DNA of 64,000 nucleotides from Alphaproteobacteria bacterium (GCA_046348645.1 JAXMDU010000007.1:77399-141398), one strand, 5' to 3'. Positions 32,138 through 42,834 are shown, counted from the stretch's first letter. Translations and numbers: made by a program. The notes: generated by a model from the letters alone, not told the origin.

Positions 32138-34863
32138 TCGGGACTGCCCCACGCGCAGGACAGCCGGTCCGCACGACCTGTCCCTATTGCGGGGTCGGCT
32201 GTGGCATCAAAGCCACCCGCCACGCAGACGGGCGGGTCGAGGTTCGTGGCGATGAATCCCATCCCGTCAACCAGGGGCGGCTGTGCTCCAAGGGCGCCGC
32301 GCTGGCCGAGACGCTTGGGCTGGATGGCCGGCTTTTAGTGCCGGAAATCCATGGCCGGCCGGCCAGCTGGGACGCGGCGCTGGGGACCGTGGCGGCCGAA
32401 TTTCGGCGTGTCATCGAACAGCATGGCCCAGACGCCGTTGCCTTTTATGTCTCAGGTCAGCTGCTGACCGAGGATTACTACGTCGCCAACAAGCTGATGA
32501 AGGGATTCATCGGCAGTGCAAATATCGACACAAACTCCAGGCTTTGCATGGCCTCGACCGTTGCCGGCCACAGGCGCGCTTTTGGCAGCGACACCGTGCC
32601 TGGTTGCTACGAGGACATCGACCTGGCCGATCTTGTCATTCTTGTCGGCTCGAACGCTGCCTGGTGTCATCCGGTTCTCTACCAGCGCATGGCCGAACGG
32701 CGGGCCCGTGATCGAACGCCGCGGGTGGTGGTGATCGATCCGCGCCGCACAGCGACATGCGAATCGGCTGACCTGCATTTGCCGCTTGGTCCCGGCAGCG
32801 ACGTGGCTCTGTTCAGCGGATTGCTTGTGCATCTTGCCGACACCGGCAAGATGGATGCGGCCTTTGTCGAGACAAAGACAAGTGGTTTGGCCGAGACCCT
32901 GGCGGCCGCGCGGTCGACGGTTCCGACTATCGATGTGGCCGCCAAGACCTGCGGGCTTGCGCCGGGCGATGTGCATCAGTTCTATCAGTGGTTCGCCACG
33001 ACCGATCGGACCGTCACGCTCTTTTCGCAGGGGGTCAACCAGTCCTCGGCCGGTACGGACAAGGTGAATGCCATCCTGAACTGCCATCTTGCAACAGGCC
33101 GCATTGGCCGGCCGGGCAGCACGCCGTTCTCGCTGACCGGTCAGCCGAACGCCATGGGCGGCCGCGAAGTCGGCGGTCTTGCCAATCAGCTTGCCGCCCA
33201 CATGGACATCGGCAATGCCGCGCATCGCGACCTTGTGCAGCGATTCTGGAAGTCGCCGCACCTGGCCGGGACCGAGGGACTGAAGGCCGTTGATCTGTTC
33301 AACGCGATCGGCCGTGGCACGGTCAAGGCGGTGTGGATCATGTCGACCAATCCGGCGGTCAGCCTGCCCGATTCCGAACGGGTGCGGTCGGCACTGGCCG
33401 CGTGTCCATTCGTCGTCGTGTCGGATTGCGAACGGGATACCGACACCAACAGGTTTGCACATGTCCTGCTGCCGGCCGCCGCCTGGGGGGAAAAGGCTGG
33501 CACGGTGACGAACTCGGAACGGCGCCTATCGCGCCAGCGCGGCTTTCTGCCGGTCCCGGGCGAGGCACGGCCGGACTGGTGGATCATCTGTGAAGTGGCA
33601 AAGCGCATGGGCTACGCCGATGCCTTTGCCTATGACGGCCCGGCGATGATATTCCGCGAGCATGCCGCCCTGTCGGGCGCCGGCAATGGCGGGGCGCGGG
33701 CCTTCGATATCTCGGCCTTGGCCGACATCGATGGCGATGGCTACGAAGCCATGGAGCCGGTCCAGTGGCCGCTGACGGCGGCGGGGTCGGGTGGCACGCC
33801 GCGGCTGTTCGGCGATGGGCTGTTCTGCACGCCGGATCATCGGGCGCGATTCGTGCCCGTCGCATCCAGGCCGCCGCGTTACGCAGCGGGTGGACAGTTT
33901 CCCCTCGTGCTCAACACCGGGCGCATGCGCGACCAGTGGCACACCATGACCCGCACGGGGCGCTCGGCCCGGCTTGGCGTTCACGCCGTCGAGCCGACAA
34001 TCGATATCCATCCGGCCGATGCGGCGGCGCGAACGCTGTCGGATGGTGCCTTGGCGCGGGTCTCAAGCCGATGGGGGTCAATGGTGGCGCGCATCCGCAT
34101 CACCGAAGCCCAGAACCAGGGCAGCGTGTTCGCACCCATCCATTGGACGGACCGCTTTGCCCCGATGGGGCGGGTCGGTGTGGCGGTCAATCCGGCCTGC
34201 GATCCCGTCTCGGGGCAGCCCGAATGCAAGCATACGCCTGTCGACGTGGCGGCCTACCAGGCGGCCTGGTATGGATTCGCGCTGTCGCGCCAGCCGGTCG
34301 CCATTGTCGGCGTGACATGGTGGGCGATGGCCAAGGCGGCAGGCCACTACCGATATGAACTGGCGGGCGAGGCGCCGGTCCCCGACTGGGATTTCTGGGC
34401 GCGGTCGATGCTGGGCGAGACCGACGGGAGCGGAGAATGGGTGGCCTATCGAGACCCGACCCGCGGCCTTTACCGGTTCGCGGCCCTGCGCGACGGCCGG
34501 CTGTCGGGCTGCCTGTTCGTTGGCCGTGACCCATCCCTGGTCTCGCGCACGTGGCTGGCCGGATTGTTCGGTCGCGGCACGCTGGCCAGCGCGGATCGAA
34601 CCGGGCTTCTTGCCGGCATGCCAGCGCAGGCCGACGCCGATACCGGGCCCACGGTCTGCGCCTGCTTTGGCGTCGGCGCGCGGGATCTGCGTGCGGCCAT
34701 TGCCGAGCGCAGGCTGGAAACGGTCGAGGCGGTCGGCGCGGCGCTCCGTGCCGGCACGAACTGCGGCTCGTGCAAACCCGAGATCGCCGCCATCCTCCGA
34801 TCCCAGATCACCGGGTCAGGCGCGGCACGGGCGAATGACCGGTTGCCGGCGCGGGCCGTCTGA
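32134..34863 (+). CDS. nasA: assimilatory nitrate reductase catalytic subunit (molybdopterin oxidoreductase)
   Basis: 909 aa. The GTG start overlaps the nirD stop. It has the N-terminal 4Fe-4S motif CPYCGVGCG, MopB/molybdopterin domains and a C-terminal BFD-like 2Fe-2S (CACFGV...NCGSCKPE). Confidence 0.92.
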   Translation: MIGTAPRAGQPVRTTCPYCGVGCGIKATRHADGRVEVRGDESHPVNQGRLCSKGAALAETLGLDGRLLVPEIHGRPASWDAALGTVAAEFRRVIEQHGPDAVAFYVSGQLLTEDYYVANKLMKGFIGSANIDTNSRLCMASTVAGHRRAFGSDTVPGCYEDIDLADLVILVGSNAAWCHPVLYQRMAERRARDRTPRVVVIDPRRTATCESADLHLPLGPGSDVALFSGLLVHLADTGKMDAAFVETKTSGLAETLAAARSTVPTIDVAAKTCGLAPGDVHQFYQWFATTDRTVTLFSQGVNQSSAGTDKVNAILNCHLATGRIGRPGSTPFSLTGQPNAMGGREVGGLANQLAAHMDIGNAAHRDLVQRFWKSPHLAGTEGLKAVDLFNAIGRGTVKAVWIMSTNPAVSLPDSERVRSALAACPFVVVSDCERDTDTNRFAHVLLPAAAWGEKAGTVTNSERRLSRQRGFLPVPGEARPDWWIICEVAKRMGYADAFAYDGPAMIFREHAALSGAGNGGARAFDISALADIDGDGYEAMEPVQWPLTAAGSGGTPRLFGDGLFCTPDHRARFVPVASRPPRYAAGGQFPLVLNTGRMRDQWHTMTRTGRSARLGVHAVEPTIDIHPADAAARTLSDGALARVSSRWGSMVARIRITEAQNQGSVFAPIHWTDRFAPMGRVGVAVNPACDPVSGQPECKHTPVDVAAYQAAWYGFALSRQPVAIVGVTWWAMAKAAGHYRYELAGEAPVPDWDFWARSMLGETDGSGEWVAYRDPTRGLYRFAALRDGRLSGCLFVGRDPSLVSRTWLAGLFGRGTLASADRTGLLAGMPAQADADTGPTVCACFGVGARDLRAAIAERRLETVEAVGAALRAGTNCGSCKPEIAAILRSQITGSGAARANDRLPARAV

Positions 34864-34900
34864 TCGCCGGCGCAACGAAGCCACGGCGTTCCGCCTGCCG

Positions 34901-36009
34901 TCACTCGCCTGGCTGGATGGCAGCCAGGCGGGCCATTGTGTCGACGTAGTCCTGCTGCATGTCATACATGACGTCGCGCACGCGCCGGCGGCCATGGATC
35001 TGGCCCGCGACCTGGCCGATGGGAATCTCGATCAGTTCGGTCATGTTTGCGGCCACGATCCGACGGAAGGTGGGCGCGATCAGCACCCGCTGCAGGGGCG
35101 TGCCCAGCGGCTCGGGGCATCTTCCTGCTCCCACGCGTCGAAGAACGGCGTGCGCAGGAATCGTGTCGGCTTTCCGCTCCAGGCCCTGGTGCGAAGCGTG
35201 TCATGCGATCCGGATCGGATGATCCGATCGACGGCCGCTTCGTCGAGATCCGATTCGATGGTGGCCAGCCAGGCCGAGCCCATCCAGACGCCTTGTGCGC
35301 CCAACGCCATTGCGGCGGCCATCTGGCGGCCGCTGGCAATGCCGCCCGCTGCCAGGACCGGCACGTCGCCGGCCGCATCGACGACTTCGGGCACCAGGAC
35401 CATCGTCGATATGTCGCTGTTGTGGCCGGCGCCCTCGTTGCCGGCGGCAATGACAATGTCGGCGCCGGCGGCGATGTGTTTCTGGGCGTGGCGGCCGCTG
35501 CCGGTCATGCCGCCGATCTTCATGCCGAGGCCATGCGCCTTGGCGACGATGTCGGCCGGCGCTGGCCCCAGGGCCGAGACCAGCAGCTTGGGTTTATGGT
35601 TCCAGGCGACATCAAGCTGTTGGCGTGCCCAGGCATGGGTGCTCATCCGCTCCATGTTTCGATAGACCGACTTCGGGGTCGGGGCGTCCTGGCGCATGGG
35701 GGGAATATGAAGCCGGTCTTCCAGCGTCATGATGAAGTCCCGATGGCCCTGCGGAATCAGCCGCTCGAGATCCACAGGCGATCCTTCGGTTCGTGAACTG
35801 GGCATGACCACGTCGACGCCATAAGGGCGTCCGTTCAGTTGCTCGTCGAGCCAGCGCAGCTCGATCTCGAGTTCGTCCGGGGCAAAGGTGCCGGCACCAA
35901 AGACGCCAAGCCCGCCGGCCGCGCTGACGGCCGCCACGACATTGCGGCAATGGCTGAAGCCGAAGATCGGGACATCGATTCCGAACAGCTCGCAGACTTT
36001 CGTTCTCAT
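34901..36009 (-). pseudogene. nitronate monooxygenase, copy 2, with a single frameshift in a C4 run (may be functional if this is a sequencing error)
   Basis: ORF 35080-36036 (MRTKVCELFGIDVPIFGFSHCRNVV...) continues in another frame as ORF 34901-35134 (EPLGTPLQRVLIAPTFRRIV...). One extra C at 35114-35117 (minus strand) would restore the frame. Confidence 0.8.
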
Positions 36010-36186
36010 TGGTTTCCTCGCCTTGGCCTGTGGCACGCGACGCCGATCAGATGGAGCGCCATTATTTGAGCGCCATCATAAGGGCAATTTGTTCTGTTGG
36101 CAGGGGGTCTGTCGCCGCGGCCTGGGCGGCGCCTGCAACGTCGATTGACTTGTCTGGTGGGGCATGGGCAATTATAGGGAACGATC

Positions 36187-36594
36187 ATGGTTCCTGAACC
36201 GATCCCGTCGGATCTGACCCGGCCATTCTGGGATGCGGCCGCAAGGCATGTCCTGGTGCGGCCCCGCTGTTCGTCGTGCGGCGCCAGCTTTTTCACCCCA
36301 CAGATCGCCTGCCCGAACTGCCTGTCGGAACAATGGACATGGGAACCAAGCACCGGCCAGGGCGTTGTCTATAGCGCGTCGGTGGTCAGCAAGCCGCCCG
36401 ACCCCGGAATCCAGGTTCCCTATGTCCTGGCGATCGTGACCCTGAGCGAGGGGTGGCGCATGTTGACCAACATCGTCAATTGCCGGCCCGAGGATGTTCG
36501 CATCGGCATGGCGGTGCGCGTCAATTGGCAGCGGAAGCTGGGATCGGTTGTGGTGCCGACCTTCGAACCCGCAGCCGGACCGGGCGCACCATGA
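36187..36594 (+). CDS. Zn-ribbon/OB-fold protein (DUF35 family)
   Basis: 135 aa with the rubredoxin-like CSSCG...CPNC and an OB-fold tail. Its stop overlaps the start of the thiolase-like gene (ATGA). Confidence 0.82.
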   Translation: MVPEPIPSDLTRPFWDAAARHVLVRPRCSSCGASFFTPQIACPNCLSEQWTWEPSTGQGVVYSASVVSKPPDPGIQVPYVLAIVTLSEGWRMLTNIVNCRPEDVRIGMAVRVNWQRKLGSVVVPTFEPAAGPGAP

Positions 36595-37757
36595 AGCGGG
36601 CCGTGCACGATATCGCGATCGTTGGCGTCTACACCACGCAGCAGGCGCTGCGAATCGACCGCGAGCCGCTGTCGCTGTGCCTGGAAGCCGCGCAAGGCGC
36701 CATGCGCGATGCCGGAATCGAAAAGTCCCAGATTGATGGCATTTGCGGCCGCTGGATGGGGCCGGGGGGAACCGCGCTGCATCCGGGCTCGCCGGACTGG
36801 TCGACCCTGCTTGGCATACCGCTGACCTGGATCGGGGACAGCTATCCCTCGGGTGTGCCCGCGCTGATGGATGCGGCCGCCGCGATCGGGGCCGGGCTGT
36901 GTAACACCGTGCTGGTGGTGGGCGGCCAGTCGCGCACCCGCACAGCGGGCGGGCCGGTGGTGGCCTATACCCGCCCCGACAATGAATTCACCGCCTGCTA
37001 CGGATCGTATACGACGGCCCAGTTCGCGCTGGTGGCGCAGCGGTACTTCCATCTGTTTCGACCCGACCCGGCCAAGATGGCAGGGGTCGCGGCCAGCATC
37101 AGGACCATGGGCGGTCTTCGGCCGGGTGCGGCGCTGTTTGGCCGCGGGCCGTTCACGGCCGAAGACGTCATGGCATCGCCCCCGGTGGTCGAACCGTTCC
37201 ACCTGCTGGAATTGTGCCTGGCGAGCGAAGGGGCCGCCGCGTTCATCGTCACCTCGATCGAGCGTGCGCGCGACTGCGCGAAGCGGCCGGTCCGCGTTCT
37301 GGGTGGCGGCATGGAATGGGCGCGCCAGCAGTATGTCGATCCGCCCATCTATGACGAGGTCGGCCGCATCGGCGTTGATGCGATCAGGCGGGCGACGGCC
37401 ATGGCCGGGGTTTCGGTCAACGATCTCGATGTGTTCCAGCTTTATGACGCGAACGCGTTCGAGATCATCCGCCAGCTTGAGGTCTTCGGCTTCTGCGGCG
37501 AGGGCGAGGGCTTCGATTTCGTGGCCGAGCGCGGGATCGGAACGGCATCGCGCAACCTGCCGGTGAATACCGATGGCGGCCTGATGTCGTTCGGCCATAT
37601 CGGCTGGAGCGGCCCGACCCTCAAGGTCATCGAGGCGGTCCGCCAGCTTCGTCACGAAGCCCCGACATCGCAGGTTCCGGACGCCGAGCTTGGCATTATC
37701 AGCGGCGCGGGTTCGGGTGCCCAGTACTTCAATCTGGCGATCCTGGCCCGAGGCTGA
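36591..37757 (+). CDS. thiolase-like protein (SCP-x / DUF35-partner type)
   Basis: Start at the ATG at 36591 (MKRAVHDIAIVGVYTT). It has a thiolase fold and a C-terminal NTDGGLMSFGH motif region. It is paired with DUF35, the typical arrangement. Confidence 0.82.
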   Translation: MKRAVHDIAIVGVYTTQQALRIDREPLSLCLEAAQGAMRDAGIEKSQIDGICGRWMGPGGTALHPGSPDWSTLLGIPLTWIGDSYPSGVPALMDAAAAIGAGLCNTVLVVGGQSRTRTAGGPVVAYTRPDNEFTACYGSYTTAQFALVAQRYFHLFRPDPAKMAGVAASIRTMGGLRPGAALFGRGPFTAEDVMASPPVVEPFHLLELCLASEGAAAFIVTSIERARDCAKRPVRVLGGGMEWARQQYVDPPIYDEVGRIGVDAIRRATAMAGVSVNDLDVFQLYDANAFEIIRQLEVFGFCGEGEGFDFVAERGIGTASRNLPVNTDGGLMSFGHIGWSGPTLKVIEAVRQLRHEAPTSQVPDAELGIISGAGSGAQYFNLAILARG

Positions 37758-37801
37758 CACCGGGTGAACTGCTGTCGGCGGTCGGCAAGACGGCGCCGAT
37801 C

Positions 37802-39436
37802 TCAGGGCTTGGATTCCGCGCTCTCAAGCGCCCGCCGCAGGCGCCGGACGATGACCGCCTTCGCCCGTTCGTCGGCCGCCTGGTCGATGGAAGCCGCGAT
37901 GTCCAGCACCAGCCGGGACACGTCGTTGTGCCAATCCGTGTGGCCTGGTTTATCGGGCGCAAGCCGCGGCGGCTTTTTCGCGCCGACGGGCCGGGCGCCG
38001 CTGCCGGTCAATTCATAGCCGTCGTCCAGGCTGGGCACGATGATCCTGGGCGCAGGCAGGACCGGCGCGCAGCGCGTTTTCAATGCCCCGATCGCGGCCG
38101 ATTCGCCGTGGACAAGGAACAGGCCCTGGTGGATGGGGCGCCGCTTGGCAATCCAGGCGGCCAGTTCCGGCCCGTCAGCATGGCCGGAATACAGGTCGAG
38201 CGAGCGGATCCGCGCGCGGACCGCCATTTCGTCACCCTGGATGCGAACGCGCGCGGCGCCGTTCTGCAGGATTCGCCCCAGCGTTCCCTCGGCCTGGTAG
38301 CCGACCAGCAGAACCGTGGCCCGGTCCTGCCAGAGCCAGGTCTTGAGATGGTGCCTGATCCGGCCGGCTTCGCACATTCCGCTGGCGGCGATGATGATGT
38401 GAAAGCCCTGGGTGCGAGCGATGGCCTTGCTCTGTTCGACGCTCTCGGTGAAGCGGACATGGTTCGAGCGGAATGCCTCGCGCAGGATCATGCCGTTTTC
38501 CAGATCGCCGGCGTGACTGTCGAACACCGCGCTTGCCTTGCTTGCCAAGGGGGAATCGATATAGATCGGGCTCCACGGCAGTGCCTTGGATCGCATCAGC
38601 AGAAAAAGGTCGATCAGCAGCTCCTGGGTGCGCTCGACGGCGAATGACGGAATGAGAAGGGCGCCACCCGGGTGCATGGCCTCGCGGACAATCTTGCGCA
38701 GCACGCGCCGCCGCTGGTCCTCGTTTGTCTCTTTGCGGTCGGTATCGCCGTAGGTCGCTTCACAGACGATGTAATCGAGATCGCTGGGCGCCTTCGGGTC
38801 TTCGTGCAGCAGTTTCTGGGTCGGGCCGATGTCGCCTGAAAACAGCAACCGCATCGGTCGGCCCTCGCCCTTGGCGCGCGCGAGTTCGATTTCGAGCGAT
38901 GACGACCCAAGAAGGTGACCGGCGTTCCAGAACCGGGCCCGGATGCCGTTGGTGACTGGAAACCATTCCTCGTAGTTGCGCGGGCGGAACCGGGTCAGGC
39001 AGGCGATCGCGTCCTCGGCCGTGTAGATGGGCTCGACCGTCTTGCGGCCCCGCGCCATGTTGCGCCGGTTGAGCTGGCGCACCTCGGATTCCTGGATATG
39101 GCCCGAATCCGGCAGCATGGCCGAGCAGAGATCGGCGGTGGCGCGGGTCGCATGAATCGGGCCTGCAAAACCGGACTTCACTAGGCGCGGGATCAGGCCG
39201 CTATGGTCGATGTGGGCATGGGTCAGCAACACCGCGCCGATCGCCCGGGGCGTGAATGGGAAGGGCCTGTAGTTCAGCTCCTTTTCCGATTTCGCGCCCT
39301 GGAACAGGCCGCAATCGACCAGGATCTGGGCCCCGCCGAATGCGAGCCGGAAACACGAACCGGTCACGCCGCCCGCGGCGCCATGAAAATGCAGTCTTGG
39401 GTTTTGCACGCTGCTCTCCTCTGTCCCGCCCGCCAT
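37802..39436 (-). CDS. MBL-fold metallo-hydrolase of the beta-CASP (RNA-metabolising) type
   Basis: 544 aa with HFHGAAGGVTGSC, THAHIDHSG and beta-CASP-like middle and C-terminal regions, plus a ~90-aa C-terminal extension. Confidence 0.78.
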   Translation of the reverse strand: MAGGTEESSVQNPRLHFHGAAGGVTGSCFRLAFGGAQILVDCGLFQGAKSEKELNYRPFPFTPRAIGAVLLTHAHIDHSGLIPRLVKSGFAGPIHATRATADLCSAMLPDSGHIQESEVRQLNRRNMARGRKTVEPIYTAEDAIACLTRFRPRNYEEWFPVTNGIRARFWNAGHLLGSSSLEIELARAKGEGRPMRLLFSGDIGPTQKLLHEDPKAPSDLDYIVCEATYGDTDRKETNEDQRRRVLRKIVREAMHPGGALLIPSFAVERTQELLIDLFLLMRSKALPWSPIYIDSPLASKASAVFDSHAGDLENGMILREAFRSNHVRFTESVEQSKAIARTQGFHIIIAASGMCEAGRIRHHLKTWLWQDRATVLLVGYQAEGTLGRILQNGAARVRIQGDEMAVRARIRSLDLYSGHADGPELAAWIAKRRPIHQGLFLVHGESAAIGALKTRCAPVLPAPRIIVPSLDDGYELTGSGARPVGAKKPPRLAPDKPGHTDWHNDVSRLVLDIAASIDQAADERAKAVIVRRLRRALESAESKP

Positions 39437-39600
39437 GAGCGGTGGCCGGGCCTGTCACGCTTGGCGCCAGAGACGATGCCCTTGATCGGGGCGCCGTCCC
39501 AACCTAGCCTCGTCCGCCTGTCCCCCTTGCGCGCCTGAAGGTGGGCTTGGCGGCAGGGGGTCATAATCAATGATAACGGTCGGATGAAAGGGCGGACACC

Positions 39601-40353
39601 ATGATGACAATCGATGCACAGGTTCACGTCTATGAACGCAACCGCCCGGGACGCCCCTGGCATGCCGTCTTGCACGGCCCGAACGAGGTCACCGGCAAAG
39701 ACATGGTTGCGGCCCTGGATGCCAATGGCGTCGACGGGGCGCTGATCGTATCACCCTGGACTCTTTATCAGTATGACGCGAGCTACGCGATCGAGGTCTA
39801 CAACGCCCATCCCGGCCGTTTTGCGCTGATCAAGCCGGTCGATCCCAATGATCCCGGTGTCGCCGATACCATCGCCGACTGGGCAAAGACCAGGGGCGCC
39901 GTTGCCATCCGGATCATGATGGTGGATGGCGTTTCGACCGATGCCGCCGATCCGGGCATCAACCGGGTCCTGGCCGCCGCCGGCCGCCATTCCCTGCCGG
40001 TCAACCTGCTCTGCTGGGATCGCCTGGAGCAGACCGGTGAACTGGCCGCCCGCAATCCCAATACCAAGCTGGTGATCGACCATCTTGGCATGCGCCAGCC
40101 GATGGAGCGGCCGGTTCCAGCAAAGCCCTTTGTCGATCTGCCCAAGGTCGTCAAGCTGGCTGCCCATGACAACATCGCCATGAAGATCACGGGGGCCTGC
40201 ACGCTGTCACACCAGCCCTTTCCCTTCAAAGACATCTGGGATCCGCTGGCCCGTATCTTCGACGCCTTCGGCATGGACCGTTGCATGTGGGGAACCGACT
40301 GGACCCGTGCGATCGATTTTCTGACCTTCAAGCAAGGGGTCGATGCGTTCTGA
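39601..40353 (+). CDS. amidohydrolase family protein (amidohydrolase_2-like)
   Basis: 250 aa. It has the metal-binding N-terminus IDAQVHVY and VIDHLGM later in the sequence. Confidence 0.75.
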   Translation: MMTIDAQVHVYERNRPGRPWHAVLHGPNEVTGKDMVAALDANGVDGALIVSPWTLYQYDASYAIEVYNAHPGRFALIKPVDPNDPGVADTIADWAKTRGAVAIRIMMVDGVSTDAADPGINRVLAAAGRHSLPVNLLCWDRLEQTGELAARNPNTKLVIDHLGMRQPMERPVPAKPFVDLPKVVKLAAHDNIAMKITGACTLSHQPFPFKDIWDPLARIFDAFGMDRCMWGTDWTRAIDFLTFKQGVDAF

Positions 40354-40499
40354 TGGACGGATCGCCAGTCCGATACCGACCGGGCCGATGGGCGGCAGCC
40401 TGCAGCGGGTCTGGACCTGGGCCCCGACCCGAAAGCCTGACCAGCCGGCGCAGGACGCCGTGGGCGCGTTCATGGGATCTGGTGCCAGGGTGGCCAGGA

Positions 40500-41292
40500 A
40501 TGGGTGTGGATCAGGAACAGGGGTCATGCCGCCGGTCGGGCTGATGGTTGCCCCGGCGGGACAAACGCGGCGCTGTCCGACAAATCCAGAAAGGCGGCGC
40601 TGGCGATATCGGCTGGCTTCGCCAGTCCGGCGCCTGCCGGATCTTTCCATAGACAGACATCCGCGCGCTTTCGCCGGACTTGACCCGGTCCCAGGATGGC
40701 GTGTCCTCGACCAGGTCACGGCCACGGTGTTCACTGATGCGGCCTCCGGTGCCCCTTGCCACGACCTTGGTCATCATGATCAGGCCGCCCGCCATCAAGG
40801 ACGTCGTGGTCTGGCCCGGTGTCGGAAAGCGCCCGCCTTCCGACGTGATGAACACGATGCTGCCTTTCTGGCGCTCGACCATATGATCGACGACGGCGCG
40901 CGCCGGATTGAGCTTCCCGCGTACCACGCGCCAGGGTCTGCGCGACATCGGCGGTATCCAGGCCCTGGAAATAGCCCATCGCCCAGTTTCGGCTGCGCCT
41001 GGATCGAGCCGAAGCCGCCGGCCGACGCAACCAGCGCGTCGATCTGCCCGTATTGGCTCAGAGTCTTTTGGGCAACCTGCCGCATGTCATCCATCGACAG
41101 GACATCGCCGCCCAGGAAGATCGCATCGCCGCCGCCGGCCTTGATGGTCGCCACCACCTGGTCGCCGGCGGCACGGGTGCGGCCGTTGATCACAACGCGG
41201 CTGCCTTCGGCCGCCAGCTTCACGGCGATGGCCTTGCCAATCCCGCCCGAAGCCCCGGTGACGATGACCACTTTCCCCTTTAGTCCCAGCAT
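40500..41292 (-). pseudogene. short-chain dehydrogenase/reductase, at least 3 frameshifts
   Basis: A GGAGG RBS precedes the ATG at 41292. MLGLKGKVVIVTGASGGIGKAIA is in one frame, GSIVFITSEGGRFPTPGQTTTSLMAGGLIMMTK in a second, and GATISPTGGM in a third. The 3' end is approximate. Confidence 0.75.
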
Positions 41293-41516
41293 CGACGCCT
41301 CCGGCTTCTGGATATTGTCATGCAGGGCGGCTGTGCATGCCGTCCCTGGCAGACCATAGCATAGCGAATTCCCAAGACGCGGTGCAGGGCCCCGTGACCA
41401 GGCCGCGTTGCCGGTCCGGCAGCAAGCTTTTGTTCTTGAAAGCCGGCCGCCTTGGTGAAAGTGTTGGCCACCAGCGGGGCGCGGCAACAGCAGGCCCGAT
41501 GCGGGACGGAGGAATT

Positions 41517-42689
41517 ATGTCTTTTGAATTTACCGAAGAACAGGTGGCCATACGCGATGCCGTGGCCAAGGTCTGTGCGAAGTTCGACGACGCCTACTGG
41601 CTGGAAAAGGACAACAAGCACGAATTTCCCCATGAATTCGCGCAGGCGATGGCCGATGCGGGCTGGGTGGGCGTCGTGATGCCAGAAAAATACGGTGGCG
41701 CCGGGCTGGGCATGACCGGCGGCGCCCTGGTCATGCAGGTGGTGGCCGAATCGGGCGGGGCCCTGGCGGCCTGTTCCTCGATCCACATGAACATGTTCGG
41801 CCCGGCGGCCATGGTCGAGCACGGCTCCGAGGAGCAGCGCGAACGCTGGGTCAATCGTCTGGTCACCTTGAAGGATCGTGCCTGCTTCGGGGTCACGGAG
41901 CCGAGCGCCGGCATCGACACGACCCGCCTGACCTGCAAGGCCGAGTGGGATCCCAAGCGCAAGACCTATCTGGTCTCGGGGCAGAAGATCTGGACCTCGA
42001 CGGCGCAGCAGGCGAACAAGATCATGTTGATCGCCCGCACAACGCCGATCGAAAAGTGCAAGCGGCCGCAGGACGGCATCAGCCTGTTCTATGCCGACCT
42101 CGACAAGAAATATGCCGAGGTCCGCGAGATTCCCAAGATGGGACGCCATGCCGTCGATTCGAACCAGATCTTCTTCGACTCGATGCCGGTGCCGAAGGAA
42201 GATCTGATCGGCGAGGAAGGCAAGGGCTTCTATTACATGCTCGACAGCATGAATTCGGAGCGCATGATCGTTGCGGCCGAGGCGGTCGGAATTGGGCGCA
42301 TGGCCATTAATCGGGCCGCCAACTATGCCAAGGAACGCGTCGTGTTCGGCCGGCCGATCGGCATGAACCAGGCCATCCAGCATCCGCTGGCGCAGATCTG
42401 GTGCAAGCTTGAAGCCGCAAACCTTCTGGCGTTCAAGGCGGCGGCCCTTTATGACGCCGGCAAGCCCTGCGGTGCGGAATCGAACGCCTCCAAGTGGTTT
42501 GCGGTCGAGGTGGCGCTTGAGGCCTGCAAGCAGGCGGTGATGACCCATGGTGGCATGGGCTATGCCAAGGAGTTCCATGTCGAACGCTATCTGCGCGAGG
42601 TCATCATCCAGGCGATCGGCGCCATTCCGCAGAATCTTGCCCTGTGCTACGTCGCCGAACGGGTGCTGGGCCTGCCCAAATCCTATTGA
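41517..42689 (+). CDS. acyl-CoA dehydrogenase
   Basis: A GGAGG RBS precedes the ATG at 41517. MSFEFTEEQVAIRDAV and the rest form a typical ACAD fold, with the C-terminal YAKEFHVERYLREV. Confidence 0.88.
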   Translation: MSFEFTEEQVAIRDAVAKVCAKFDDAYWLEKDNKHEFPHEFAQAMADAGWVGVVMPEKYGGAGLGMTGGALVMQVVAESGGALAACSSIHMNMFGPAAMVEHGSEEQRERWVNRLVTLKDRACFGVTEPSAGIDTTRLTCKAEWDPKRKTYLVSGQKIWTSTAQQANKIMLIARTTPIEKCKRPQDGISLFYADLDKKYAEVREIPKMGRHAVDSNQIFFDSMPVPKEDLIGEEGKGFYYMLDSMNSERMIVAAEAVGIGRMAINRAANYAKERVVFGRPIGMNQAIQHPLAQIWCKLEAANLLAFKAAALYDAGKPCGAESNASKWFAVEVALEACKQAVMTHGGMGYAKEFHVERYLREVIIQAIGAIPQNLALCYVAERVLGLPKSY

Positions 42690-42772
42690 AGGCGTGTCGC
42701 CCCCGGCGGTGCTGCCCGGTTTTTGGCCGGGCGGGGCCGGGGGCGGCCTTCAGCCCTGGCGGCGATTGGTCG

Positions 42773-42834
42773 CCAGACCATCGGTCCACCAGATCATTAA
42801 CCCACCAGACCATCGGCTCACCGCGATCATTACC
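42773..42834. repeat. imperfect ~32-bp tandem repeat, 2 copies (ccagaccatcgg..N..gatcatta)
   Basis: ccagaccatcgg occurs at 42773 and 42805. gatcatta occurs at 42792 and 42825. Intergenic, upstream of the ORF at 42874. Confidence 0.75.

Noticed and set aside
35100-35130. Programmed ribosomal frameshift in NMO copy 2
   Set aside because: There is no slippery heptamer or downstream structure. A one-base change in a C4 run fully explains it, as mutation or sequencing error.
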